From assembly GCA_951406725.2 (NCBI GenBank), contig OX597814.1:207018001-207082000 (forward strand): a stretch of 64,000 bases of DNA, written 5' to 3'. The notes under the pieces were generated by a model. It did not search any database and was not told the origin of the DNA. It saw nothing but the letters and a program-made list of their open reading frames with translations. This document shows, in pieces, positions 39,880 to 51,916 of this stretch; within the stretch, counting starts at the first letter, position 1, and every line of letters starts with the position of its first letter. Made by a program: the position numbers and the translations under genes. This DNA comes from Octopus vulgaris (lineage: Eukaryota).

Positions 39880-40950
39880 TGATGGCAAAAACATTAGGAG
39901 ACTAATTAAGCAAAGTTTTTAATCAAGATTTTGAGATTGTAAATTTTATAAAAACAAGACTAGTAAAGTGATGTTTATTCAAGCAGTTTTGTATTGATGT
40001 GGATTCACAAAACAGACACCTGCTTTTGCACAGAGAGGTGGCTTTCAAAAGGGAAAGCACTTGATCGTGTATATGAGTTACAAGAGCTACTCAAGTTTTT
40101 GAAGAAATGGAACAAAACCACTTTTGTGAGCTCCTTCGATGTAAATGTTGGATTAGCAGATTAGTGTATTTGGCTAATATATTTCAGCACCTCAGTATTT
40201 TGAATACTAGCATGCAAGGAAATGAAGAAAACATTTTGATATCTACTGATAAAATGAAAGCATTTCAGAAAAAAACTACTTATCTGGAAGAAAAGTGCTA
40301 CTAAGGGTAATCTGGAAATGTTTCCTTTGATAAGTAGAACTTGCATAAATGACATCTTTCCTTTAATACTTGAAAATTTCACAAATTTGGAAGATAAATT
40401 AAATTATTATTTTCCATCACTTAACACTGAACAATATGCTTGGATTTGAAATCCATTCATTGAAATTTCAGATGATGCTAGTTTAACATTAACCAAAGAA
40501 GATTAGCAGTTATATCCACCAATGGTGGATTGAAGATTAAATATAAAGAATCTAGTCTTGAAAAATTTTGGATTTCAATCAGAGAAGAATACCAGTCAAT
40601 ATCCTGAAAAGCTTTAGCCATTTTACTGCAATTTTCAACATCATATTTATTCGAATTAGGATTTTCCATTCTCACCAACATCAAGTGCAAAAAGAGAACA
40701 AATCTTCAGTCTATTGACAAGGAAAAGAGAGTTTGTTTATCATACATACGTCCCAACATTGAAGAAATTGCTAAGACATGCTAGGCTTATTCTTCACAAT
40801 AGTGCAAAACAGATGAGGAATAATGGTAGATACCCTTGTTTTCAGTTATTTCTTTTGCATTATACTTCTTAGTATTTTGTGTGTAGTGTGCCCACAATTT
40901 TTTGTAAGGCTTCAAGTGTGCCACGGCTTCTAAAAGTTTAATAACCACTG
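39880..40950 (+). mobile_element. hAT (Buster/Charlie-like) transposase remnant with right end
   Basis: LVYLANIFQHLSILNTSMQG; dimerisation region FWISIREEY..ILLQFSTSYLFELGFS; terminus ..AACCACTG (reverse complement CAGTGG). Confidence 0.85.
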
Positions 40951-41376
40951 GCTTATATATTTTTGCATATAATTCTTTTATTATTATTATTATTATGGTT
41001 GTTATGTATGATATCATTTCATCCTGGTTTTAGCACTTCAGCATGGCACAACTTGAGATTTTAAAACTAGTTTATATAAAGTTATTTCAAAACTAAAGTT
41101 AAAGATGATCAATTTTTTGTCTTCTAATAATAATGGAAAAAAGAAGGGAAATAGAGGGACAGGGAGAAATAAAGAGAGAAAAACCCTCTTATTTCATTTT
41201 GAAATACATTGCATTTATTTTTTTCCTTTATTTATACATAGCTCTAATATTAATTTGCCTTGTATACTAGTCCTTTATATAGTGACATTTCTCGTCCTTT
41301 CTACAGGCAAAATAGAAACCCTTGTCTTTTTTCCAGGCGCAGATTTGGAATTTCTGGCTGCATTTTCTTTTTGCTT

Positions 41377-41567
41377 TGCAGCTGGACTGGCACCTGTGCA
41401 GGTGGCATGTAAAAAATGCCATTTGAGCATGGCTGTTGCCAGTACCGCCTAACTGGCCCTCGTGCCGGTGGCACGTAAAAGCATCCAGCTGTAGAAACTC
41501 TGCCAGATCAGATTGGAGCCTGGTGCAGCCATCTGGTCCGCCAGTCCTCAGTCAAATCATCCAACCC
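41377..41567 (+). repeat. RTE-tail fragment, left arm of an inverted pair
   Basis: Near-identical reverse complement of 42058-42249. Confidence 0.8.
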
Positions 41568-41875
41568 TGCTTTCAGTTGTGTTTGTTTGTCTGTGGACAA
41601 GATATCACGAGAATCGCTGAATGGATCCGGATAAAACTTTCAGGGATGTTTGGCACCATGGCTAGCACAAACTAATCTGGTACCAGACAAGGATTCTGGA
41701 TTATGTTTTCCTCTTTTTTTTTTACTTAATTTTTGAAAGCGAAGGGTCCATTTTTAGTATTTTCGTTTGTGAGAGCAGTCGAGTTTATTTCAGATATTCT
41801 CATTTCAAAAATCATCTCTGACTAATCGTTCAGAGGACATTGGTGTTGCCTTGGCACTCTCTGATTGCTTTTGTT
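41568..41875 (+). mobile_element. Possible Helentron-associated (DINE-1/HINE-like) non-autonomous element
   Basis: TTCAGTTGTGTTTGTTTGTCTG..GGATAAAACTTTCAGGGATG..CCTTGGC..CTCTCTGA pattern; family assignment from memory only. Confidence 0.35.
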
Positions 41876-42014
41876 TTTATTTCATCTCACCATGATATTT
41901 TTTTAATGTTTATGCATCAGATCTCTTCATGGATGTGTAGATAGATATATATGGATGTGTAGATTGACTTTATATATTCACTCTCTGTATATATATATGC
42001 ATATGCGTATGTAT

Positions 42015-42420
42015 ATCATCATCATCATCGTTTAACGTCTGCTTTCCATGCTGGCATGGGTTGGACAATTTGACTGAGGACTGGCGGACCAGATGGCTGC
42101 ACCAGGCTCCAATCTGATCTGGCAGAGTTCCTACAGCTGGATGCTTTAACGTGCCACCGGCACGAGGTGCCAGTTAGGCGGTACTGGCAACGGCCATGCT
42201 CAAATGGCATTTTTTACATGCCACCTGCACAGGTGCCAGTCCAGCTGCACTGGCAACAACCTCACTTGAATATTTTTTCAGGTGCCACTGGCACAAGTGC
42301 CAATAAGGCAGTGCTGGTAATGATCATGCTTGAATGGTGCTTTTCACGTGCCACCAGCACAGGAGCCAGTCAGCTGCCCTGGCAATGATCATGCTCAGAA
42401 GGTGCTCTTAGTGCTCCACT
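42015..42420 (-). mobile_element. RTE 3' tail with (GAT)n end
   Basis: (CAT)n at 42017 followed by the family motif and sub-repeats. Confidence 0.75.
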
Positions 42421-42769
42421 AGTACCCCAGTTGAACCGTCCAACCCATGCTAGCATGGAAAGCGGACGTTAAATGATGATGATGATGATGATAGAATACT
42501 TAAGTTCAGGCTAGTTTTGCAGAATTGTATAGCTACAATTATATTTGCCTACACATCACAAGTGGGCCTACCAAATGTACAGAAGGACCACTTTTATGAT
42601 ATTCTTCTGCAGGCTACTTCAAAGATGAGTTACAAAGATCTCGCCTTAGTAAACATAGTACCAGTTACGCAATGGGGTCAATGTAATCGACTTAATCCCT
42701 TTGTGTGTCCTTGTTTGTCCCCTCTATGTTTTGCCCCTTGTGGGTAGTAAAGAAATATATATATATAGC

Positions 42770-43680
42770 AGAGTATTGTAGATCGCTTGAAGCGTTGTGT
42801 ATTGTTTATGAAATATAAAGTGTCTTGAATGGCGCAACAATGCAGAGTGGACTATAATAACTAATTATAATTTAATTATCCATAGTCTGATATAATATTT
42901 TGGAATACAAAAATTCTTTCTTCCGATATCGCTAGAAATTGATCTGATCAAGTCACTACTATAATCGGTTCTCCAATGGTTACTGAATTTTTTTTTCGGA
43001 AGTGTCTCTGCAGTGATCTCATGAAGCTCCTTCTGGAGTTCCTCATGGGAAGTGCATGAGGACGGCTATGTCTCAAGTGTGTTGGCATATCCGCAGCGGT
43101 GCTTCTAAGTTATGTATTATACATGCAATCATGAGCATGTTACCAGAAATGCACTTACTTGCATCCAGATGTAGCTAAATAATATATTCTTTGCTAATTT
43201 CCAGCCTGTTGTTAATTTGGGGTGCTAGTCTTTCTTTGAAAATAGCTTCCTTAATTCTTAAATTACCCAAATTTCTTTCATTGGCCTCAGTTGTGACTGT
43301 TATGCTTTTGCCGGTATTCCGGCATCTGTCTAGATGTTTTCTGAAAAAGGAGGCTCTCGTGTTCAGATGTTCTTTGATGTGGACGTGTAACAGTCTTGTT
43401 GTGCTACCCACATAGAACTTGTTGCATCTGTTGCATTGTATTCTATACACAACATTTAGCCATTGGCATAAATCTGTGTCATGGACGGGGCAGTTAGCTA
43501 GTGTGCATTGATTGCTGTCCATTGCTCATTTCTTTGCAAGGTGTCCTCTCAGAGAGGGGCCGGAGTGGGCTAGCTGTATGTCTAATCCTTCTCTTCTTAT
43601 GGTTCTTCAGGTGGCTGTAGTTATCCTCTCACTGTAGTTATCCAGTTGAAAATTCTGGGCATCCTGTTAGCAAATGAAGT
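42770..43680 (-). mobile_element. Penelope-like element, GIY-YIG endonuclease region
   Basis: ORF 43175-43522 NVVYRIQCNRCNKFYVGSTTRLLHVHIKEH..LRIKEAIF. Confidence 0.85.
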
Positions 43681-43769
43681 GCGTAATGGTGATTAAATAA
43701 TATCAATAAATATTCCAAATGTCTGTTTTGTTATATATATGTGTAAAGTAATGTAAAGTCTTGTGTAAA

Positions 43770-44083
43770 AAGGGTAAAGACCCCCCCATCCTTCGGTCAT
43801 GAATGACCATGGATTGCACCTAGAAAGCTTCCCTCCAAAGCAGAAGTCTAGGCAAGGTTGTTTTGTGGGAGAGCAGCCAGTCGCCTATGCATACCAGTTT
43901 CTCTTTTCCATACCATGCCCAAGAGAAAAGACTGATACAGGTTGGCACCAGTGATGCTGCAACTCATTTCTACTGCTAAGTGACTGGAACAATGTGAAAT
44001 AAAGTGTCTTTCTCAAGAACACAACACAGGAATCAAACTCGCTACCTTATGATTGTGTGTCTGATGCTGTAACCACTGAGCCA
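43770..44083 (-). mobile_element. tRNA-derived SINE
   Basis: Minus-strand GGCTCAGTGGTTAC..GAGTTTGATTCC head and GTGTTCTTGAGAAAGACACTTTA core shared with 62700-63030. Confidence 0.7.
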
Positions 44084-45529
44084 GGTGTACAACCAAAATT
44101 GTCCACATTTTAGAGTCAGCTTTAAACCTTTGTATCTCAGGAATGCTTAAAGATAACTTAATGAAACTATCAGAGGTTTTTCCAATGCTATTGGACTCTA
44201 CTTTGAGTAAGAAAAATGTTAATTACTCACAAAACTTACCAGAAGTATCGTTATGAAGTTGATTATGGACGAAAATGACATTTTCATGAATAATTAACCA
44301 TAGCTTTGAATGGAGATCTCATAAAGGATTGGAATAAATTTTAAATGGAAGCTTAAAATTTTATTTCAAAGTGCCTGAGAAAATTCTAACCAAAATTCTA
44401 TCTTTTAGGCATCAAGAGTTTCTCCTCTTTTGGCAATGCCTTCCTCAACCCACTTCCTGACCATACCACAAGCTTTCTTAATGAATTCTTCATCAATGTC
44501 TTCCTCCTACGTCCTACATCATAGGGTTTTTGAGGGTTTGAAGGTTACTGTGGGGCTTCTCACAAGCTTTTCTAACCAGTTCATTCTAGATACTGAAGTC
44601 TAAAGGGTTAAAATCAGGTGATGAAAGGGGTCAAGTGTTCCTATCCCCAAAATTTTTGTACCATTGCATTTGTGTGAAAAGGAGCTTCATCTTGCTGGAA
44701 TGTAAATTTGAAGTCCTTAATGATTTGGGGTTTCCCTTGTTTCTTGCTTCTTGATTCACAAAGAATCCAGGTCTTTACATCTTTCAAAACCTGAACATAA
44801 CAAACTCCTATCAGTCTCTCAGCCTTATCAAACATGATCAGTTGCATCTTCTTACCATCAAAGGCTGTACAGGCGAAAATCATCACCTTGGCAGAGCTTG
44901 TGCACCTGAAAATGACTCCAGGATTGTTTCACTTTGTTCAAGATCCTCTCCAACCTTCTAACATTTTGTTCTGGAGTAACAAGATACCTCATAGGTCTCA
45001 CATGCGATTTCATTTTCAAGTCCCTTATCACTGCTCTTTAAACTGTCATAGCTGAAACTCCTCTCTCATATGCTAAGCATCTTTTGGATTGAGTTGGATC
45101 TGTTCTGATTGATCTCTTCAGCTCCAGATTGAAATGATGAGCCCTCTTGTGGATATGACCTCCAGATCCAGTTTTTTCCTTCCACTATCCCCACTTTCTC
45201 AAACTTATTAACAATTCTCTTGATGGCTCTTGAATGGACATTGAAGATAGAAGCCAGAGAATGAATGTTGGTACCATTACTTAAGAGCTGGATGATCTTA
45301 GCCCTTTCAACATTGATCAGTAAGGAAGACATGGTGAGGTTGGCAGAAACGATTTCAGCCTGTTCTAGCTAAGTATCTCAATGGATATTTCACTGATTCT
45401 TACAAAAACTTGTGTCAATATGGCCAGACATCTTATTTGGAAAACATGGGAAATTGCAAATCGATTAGTTTATTGGTTTGGGGAAGTTTTAAGAATTTGC
45501 GAGTGTAACAGTTTTGCTGATACACCCTG
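44082..45529 (-). mobile_element. Tc1/mariner-superfamily transposon (maT-like), degenerate
   Basis: HTH-like ORF 45066-45332; FQQDEAPFHT and SPDFNPLDFSI catalytic motifs; terminal CACCCTG-TA at 45523-45531 with a decayed partner at 44082. Confidence 0.8.
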
Positions 45530-46018
45530 TATATAGACTATTGTGAATGTCTTGTATTTATATACTCTACTTTGTATGCGTAGATGGATGTAAGCAAGCT
45601 GTATATAAACTGAGCGTCATATAAACACTTTCTGTATACAATATGTGTTGGGGACAGGAAAAGATTGTTTGGCTGGACCCGTTCCTTTTCTTCTTTCTCC
45701 TTTTATCTATACCCACAGTGTTGGGTACACATCTGCAGATATACTCTGTAGGACAGTATATATAGCATTGAAGTAAAGCACTGTTGACATACCAGTAATT
45801 CACTGAGATTTACTCAAAGCCAGTCTGTTTCAACAGAAATGTTCTTCCTTTGTTTTAATCAGTTTTGAAAATAATGAAGAATTAAGTAAAATCGGTTTGT
45901 CGTTATTAAGCTGGTGTTTGGACACAACATGGAATCTTGACTAATTTTTTACTGTTACATAGAAAATCAATTATGTCTTTGATTGAGTGATGATAAATTA
46001 TTTGTTTGTTTCTAACAG

Positions 46019-46069
46019 AAATTTAATGAATATTTCCAAGAAATTCTGGCAAATGGTTCTGCTGCATAA
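46019..46069 (+). CDS. Macro-PARP exon D3, ending in TAA
   Basis: TTTCTAACAG| acceptor homologous to D1/D2; KFNEYFQEILANGSAA*; donor CAG|GTAAAT retained at 46073/46074. Confidence 0.7.
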   Translation, partial: KFNEYFQEILANGSAA

Positions 46070-46159
46070 TCAGGTAAATTGTTTTTTTTTTACTTTTGTT
46101 GAATATTATTTGGGAAGAAATTAGTGCCATTTGTCAGCAGTTTTGATTTTATAATGTTG

Positions 46160-46445
46160 ACCAACAGAGGGACCACTATTCGAATTGACAGTACCTCGGT
46201 AGATAAAGCAATTAAGGGTATGAAGATAGGGAAAGCCCCCGGCCCATCAGGAATCACTACTGGGATGCTTAAAATATTTGACAGTGTAGGCTATAGTCTA
46301 GTCACTTGTATAGTCAACAAGGTGATACATGAAGGAGTCATACCTAAAGACTGCTGTAGCAGCACCATAGTCAACTGCTACAAAGGTAAAGGTGATGCAT
46401 TAAATAGGAATAATTACAGAGGTATCAAATTGTTGGGTCAGGTAT
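46160..46445 (+). mobile_element. RTE RT fragment
   Basis: KAPGPSGIT..YKGKGDALNRNNYRGIKLL. Confidence 0.8.
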
Positions 46446-46879
46446 AGATCATTCTAAGTCTTTTCATCTCTCCAAATATTTTTCCAAAAGTTTTTAACTT
46501 CTTCCGTGGGAGTGAGGTCTTCAACAGTTATTTTCTCCTCTGTAGAATGTTTTCAGCTTGGATGTGAACAGCTTATTTTGCTTGTAAAACTTGTTTCTCT
46601 TCTCAAATCTTCATATTCATTGAGCTTTTGCTTGGAATTTTTGTTGCAGTGTTTCTTTGACGGAAAGCGGTTCTCTTGGCAAGAATTTACGTTTCCTTTC
46701 ATTTTTCTTCCTTTTTTTTTTTAGTATTATTTTTTACTTTTAATCTGCATGTTTGTTACAATCACTTGCCAAGACACACCCAGTTTTCTGGGGCAAGTAA
46801 AGGATAAGAGATGTTACAGTATGATTGAAATCTTGGGGAGAAGTGACAAGGGCGGGTTCCAAAATAACTTCATTTAAAT

Positions 46880-47074
46880 GGATAGGGTTTATCTAAGGAT
46901 GTGGGCAGTACTTGTCACCACATTCTTTTGGATTTCTCTGAGACACAGTTCTGGAATCTTATTGAGATGTCTTTTAGGGCACCTACAATAACAGGAACAG
47001 TTCTCGCTTTAAGATGCCACATCTTTTGTATTTCAATTTTCAGGTCTTTATATTTGCTTAATTTATCAAATTCC

Positions 47075-47075
<1 letters not shown>
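46880..47075 (-). mobile_element. R4/Dong-like 3' fragment
   Basis: Minus-strand KLSKYKDLKIEIQKMWHLKARTVPVIVGAL. Confidence 0.7.
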
Positions 47076-47079
<4 letters not shown>

Positions 47080-47137
<58 letters not shown>

Positions 47138-48255
47138 TAGTTTTATTTTTATAGCGTGCTTTCACTTCACTTCACTACCGAGCGCAGCTCTGTGTGCCTT
47201 GGGTATGTGCTGTGATTTGTTGTGATGCTCTGATGGTTATTGTATGGAAAGTGTTCTGCGTAGGATGTGTGCAGTGCCTAGTAGTGCAATTTTCTGTATG
47301 TTATATGTGTTTGTAAGTCCTGGTGTTTTTGTTATGTATTTGTCTGAATATTTTTTTATCATGCCTAATGCACCTACTATGATAGGAATTGTTTCTGTTT
47401 TCAGGTTCCACATTCTAGTTACCTCTATTTCCAGGTCTTTGTATTTTGAGAGTTTCTCCATTTCTTTTAGAGACACGTTGTCATCTGCCGGTATTGATAC
47501 ATCAATTAGAAAGCATTTTTTTCTTCATGATCTCTGACAACTATATCTGGTCTGTTGGCCTTAATTTCTCTATCTGTGTGTATCGGCATATCCCAGAGTA
47601 TGGTTGCTTTCTCGTTTTCTGTGACCTTTTCTGGTGTGTGCCTATACCATCTTTTTTCTGTTGTTATTCCATAATGTTGGCATAGCTTCCAATGTATGTA
47701 GGTTCCAACTCTGTCATGTCTGTGAATATATTCCTTCTTAGCCAGGACTGGGCAGCTAGAGATAATATGATTTATTGTTTCTTGTCCATCTCCACATATT
47801 CTGCAGTTACTTGTAATATTTCTTTTCATTACATGTTTTTGGTAATTTCTGGTGGGGAGGCTTTGGTCTTGTGCTGCAATTAAAAATCCCTCTGTTTCTG
47901 CTTTGAGTCCTGAGCTTCTCAACCATTGCTGGGATTTTTCTTTGTCTATTTCTTTTGCGTTTAGTTTAGTGCAGTATTTACCATGAAGGGGCTTTTCTTG
48001 CCATTGTTTTATCATGGCTCGTTGCTGTTCTATTTTTAGTTTGGATTTCATTTGTTTTATAGCTTTTGTTGTTTCTTCGTCATCTTCTTCTTCTTCTTTG
48101 TGTTTATTAGATGGTATGATTTCTTGTTTGTGTTTGTCAGCTTCCTTAAATACTGAGAACAGTTTTTTGTTTTGCTCGTGTTTTGCTGCTATCTGGATCA
48201 GTTTTCCTTCCTTCTGAAGTAGGTATTATTATTATTATCATTATCATTATTATTA

Positions 48256-48296
<41 letters not shown>

Positions 48297-48297
48297 G
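47080..48297 (-). mobile_element. 5'-truncated R4/Dong-clade element with REL endonuclease, flanked by (TAA)n
   Basis: CRICGDGQETINHIISSC, RHD, RPDIVVRD and KLSKYKDL motifs in ORFs 47506-48051 and 47237-47476; one frameshift. Confidence 0.92.
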
Positions 48298-48617
48298 CTT
48301 TCATGGAAATTTGAAGCTCCGTAAGTTGAAATACTGTTTGTAATCTTTTTGGCCTTCTAAGGCCCAGTTGTTTTCATTTTATTCTTACTATTACATTTCT
48401 GAGATTGTCTGGACTGCACAGATAGTAATTTTGTGTAGAAACCGCTCCTGTTTATAATGATGATAATATTAATGGCATTTTGTAACTTAATATAATGAAC
48501 TCTTGACTTTGTATGTGTGCCTTTGAATATAGATATGTGTATGTTTGTATATTGTAATATTCTAATATATTGTTTTGACCAACTGTAACCTTGAATATAG
48601 AACATATGTATGTATAT

Positions 48618-49980
48618 TCATCATCATCATCATCATCATTGTTTAACGTCCGTTCTCCGTGCTAGCATGGGTTGGACGGTTTGACCGGGGATCTGGGAAG
48701 CCAGAAGGCTGCACCAGGCTCCGGTCTTATCTGGCAACGTTTCTACAGCTGGATGCCCTTCCTAACGCCAACCACTCCGTGAGTGTAGTGGGTGCTTTTT
48801 ACATGCCACCTGCACTGGTGCCAGGCGAGGCTGGCATCGGCCACGGTCAGATTGGTGCATTTTATGGAAGCCAGTCGAGGCGGCACTGGCTTCGGCTACG
48901 ATTCGGATGGTGCTTTTTACATGCCACCGACACGGAAGCCAGTCGAGGCGGCGCTGGCATCGTCCACAATTCGGATGGTGCATTTTATGGAAGCCAGTCG
49001 AGGCGGCACTGGCTTCGGCTATGATTCGGATGGTGCTTTTTATGTGCCACCGGCACGGAAGCCAGGTGAGGCGGCGCTGGCATCGGCCACAATTCGGATA
49101 GTGCTTTTTATGTACCTCCAGTCGCAGGGCCCTGGCATCTGCCGGGTGCTAGTCATAGGATTGGTTCGATTTCGATTTCCACTTGCCCCAACAGGTCTTC
49201 GCAAGCAAGGGGGGTTGCCATAGGTGCCTGTCGTCGGATGAGGTTCGATATCGACTTCGCTTGCCTCAACAGGTCTTTGTGTGTCCAAGGGGGAAAGGCA
49301 TGCATAAGTGGGCTGGACTCACTTGTCCTGCCTGGTCTTCTCACGCACAGTATATTCCCAAAGGTCTCGGTCGCCGGTCATTTCCTCAGTGAGACCCAAG
49401 GTTCGAAGGTCATGCTTCACTACCTCGTCCCAGGTTTTCCTGGGTCTACCTCTTCCACGGGTTCCCTCAACTGCTAGGGATTGGCACTTTTTCACACACC
49501 TATCTTCATCTATTCTCGCCACATGACCATACCAGCGCAATCGTCTCTCTTGCACACCACAACTGATGCTTCTTAGGTCCAACATTTCTCTCAGGGTACT
49601 AACGCTCTGTTGAGTATGCATGCTGACATTACACATCCATTGGAGCATACTGGCTTCATTCCTCGCGAGCTTACGCATGTCCTCAGCAGTCACGGCCCAT
49701 GTTTCACTGCCATGTAGCATAGCTGTTCGTACACATGCATCATACAGTCTACCTTTTACTCTGAGCAAGAGGCCTTTAGTCACCAGCAGAGGTAAGAGCT
49801 CCCTAAACTTTGCCCAGGCTATTCTTACTCTAGCAGTTACACTTTCAATGCACCCACCCCCACTACTGACTTGGTCACCTAGATAACGGAAGCTATCTAC
49901 TACTTCTAGTTTTTTCCCCTGGAAAGTGACGGAAGTTGTTTTCTGCAGATTTTCAGAGATTATTGCTCCTGAGCATCTGC
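48618..49980 (-). mobile_element. 5'-truncated RTE-clade LINE with tandem sub-repeats in the 3' UTR and (GAT)n tail
   Basis: ORF 49319-50011 FRYLGD..RRLRWYGHVAR..RGRGRPRKTW; 50-60 nt repeats at 48790-49110. Confidence 0.92.
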
Positions 49981-50105
49981 CGTATATAGGAGTATGGGTA
50001 TATGCACTCATATGTATGTGTATATTATATATTATGGGTAGGTACCCACTCTTGTATGGGTGTACCTCCTCTGATATTCATATTTAGTTTAGTTTGTACT
50101 TTATA

Positions 50106-50232
50106 ATCTCTGAAGAGGCCTTGGGATATTTTTGTAAGTGTCTCATTTATAACCACATATTAACTTATCACACCTGGCTAATATGAGCATAATGAGATAC
50201 CCATATCTGCATGGCTGAAACAGCTGTAAGAT
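50106..50232 (+). ncRNA. Type I hammerhead ribozyme motif with extended stem II
   Basis: ATCT-CTGAAGA-GGCC..(~90 nt)..GGCT-GAAA-CAGCTG-TA-AGAT. Confidence 0.65.
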
Positions 50233-50264
50233 GTAGTTTATATTTATATTATATTTATTTATTT

Positions 50265-50300
<36 letters not shown>

Positions 50301-50301
<1 letters not shown>

Positions 50302-51831
50302 CTCATATATATATACATACATATTCTTTACGCATTCTAATAACGAGTTACAGATTTTGACGTATGGGGTATCAAAAGATTCAGTACTATTTCGGCTACG
50401 AATTTAACTTAATTTCCATTCACATATTTGCATTTCAAAAATTTAACATAATCTTTTCCATAAATCAACTATTGTAAACATTTTATACGATGACGTCACA
50501 TTTTCTATATGTGTGTGTGTACCTTAAAAGACATCAATCATCACGACATACACCGTCACTCACTCACTCTATGTCTTTCTCATGAGCGTACGTCCTTAGG
50601 TGCAACCCTGCGTAGATCCATGAGCGTCCGTCGTTAGGTGCAACCCTTCGTAGATCCATGAGCGTCCGTCGTTAGACACGCACACACACACACACATCCA
50701 TTTCATATAGACGTACATACAACTTTCAATTTCTTTCTGTTCTTTTCGCTTTCTCTTCTGATTTCTGCTCTCATCAAATAAGATTATTACGGATACAATT
50801 GCTTACGAAAATAAGGATTAATGTATAATTTCTTTCTATTTTCATAATATTTTGTTTATAATATTGGAAAAAATATGCCACCAAAGAAAAGACGTAATCT
50901 ATCCAGAAACAAGTATAAAGCAAGGAGGATTGTAGAAAACCGAAGGCGAGAGTCTGAAGAAACTAGATGAGATTTTCTCAACATCAGCAAATGCATGTTG
51001 CAGCACTTAATGCTGGATCATTAAATTAATGATTAGACAGAAGTTCAATAGAATAGCTCTCGGAAACAGGCTACAAACAAATTTGTTCTTTATAACTCCT
51101 GAAGCTGTTTTCAGATATGATCCATCCCATTCTTATAAAAATAATAACTCTGTCCAAATTGGTGTGCTAAACACAAATTGTCTTTTCTGTAGAGCTTTAA
51201 AATTTTCAAATGAAACAAATGGTATGTGCTGCTCAGGTTGTCAGGTAACATTGCCAGCACTATACCAGCTCCTTCTCAACCTCTTATGGATCTTCTAGAA
51301 GGCATTTCCATCCAGTCAAAGGATTTTCTGAACAATATCAGGCAATAAACTCTACATTTCAAATGACATCGTTTGGTGCATCTAAGAAGATAGATAAACA
51401 TGAATTTACAACGAGTTCAAAGTTCAAGGGCAAGTCTATCACCTCATTGGTTCCCTGGTACCCACAAATGAACAACCACAGTTCCTCCAAATTTACTTTA
51501 TAAGTGACGTAGGACAACAAACCCGAAGGAGGTGTCAACATTTCAGGTGATGGGTCGTGTTAGACACATCGCCGACCACTGTAAAAGAGAGTATATCCAC
51601 TGACAGCTTTTCAGTGCATTCCAAAGTCACATAACTCCCACAGGGTAGGGCCTGAAATACTCCAAACGGACGCATAGCATGTTGCTTAGTCGAATTAACC
51701 CATTATTTACTCCACAAATGTTTTGTTGTCAATGCTGCACTTTCCCATATCACCTGTTTCAACATAACTGTAATATATTATATACAAACTATGCCATTTT
51801 AATCATGAGTAAAGCCGGGTATCTCTGGTAG
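50301..51831 (+). mobile_element. Internally deleted Helitron
   Basis: FRYDP..IG..CLFCRALKF..GMCC and FQMTSFGA..FKVQGQVYHLIGSL..PQFLQIYF N-terminal Helitron motifs; 3' GAGTAAAGCCGGGTATCTCTGGTAG|T end. Confidence 0.85.
50581..50675. repeat. 38-bp tandem repeat (~2.5 units) inside the Helitron
   Basis: CATGAGCGTCCGTCGTTAGGTGCAACCCTTCGTAGATC units. Confidence 0.8.
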
Positions 51832-51916
51832 TATATATATACACACACACACACACATATATATATATGTATATAAAAACTTACTTGGAGAAGAGAAACG
51901 ACGCGTGCGTTCGGTC

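Noticed and set aside
6802-46069. Assigning the symbol PARP14 or PARP15
   Set aside because: Only macrodomains are visible; orthology cannot be fixed without the N-terminus or a catalytic domain.
48790-49110. Repeat array that could be mistaken for CRISPR
   Set aside because: Degenerate tandem units without unique spacers, in a LINE 3' UTR, in eukaryotic DNA with no cas genes.
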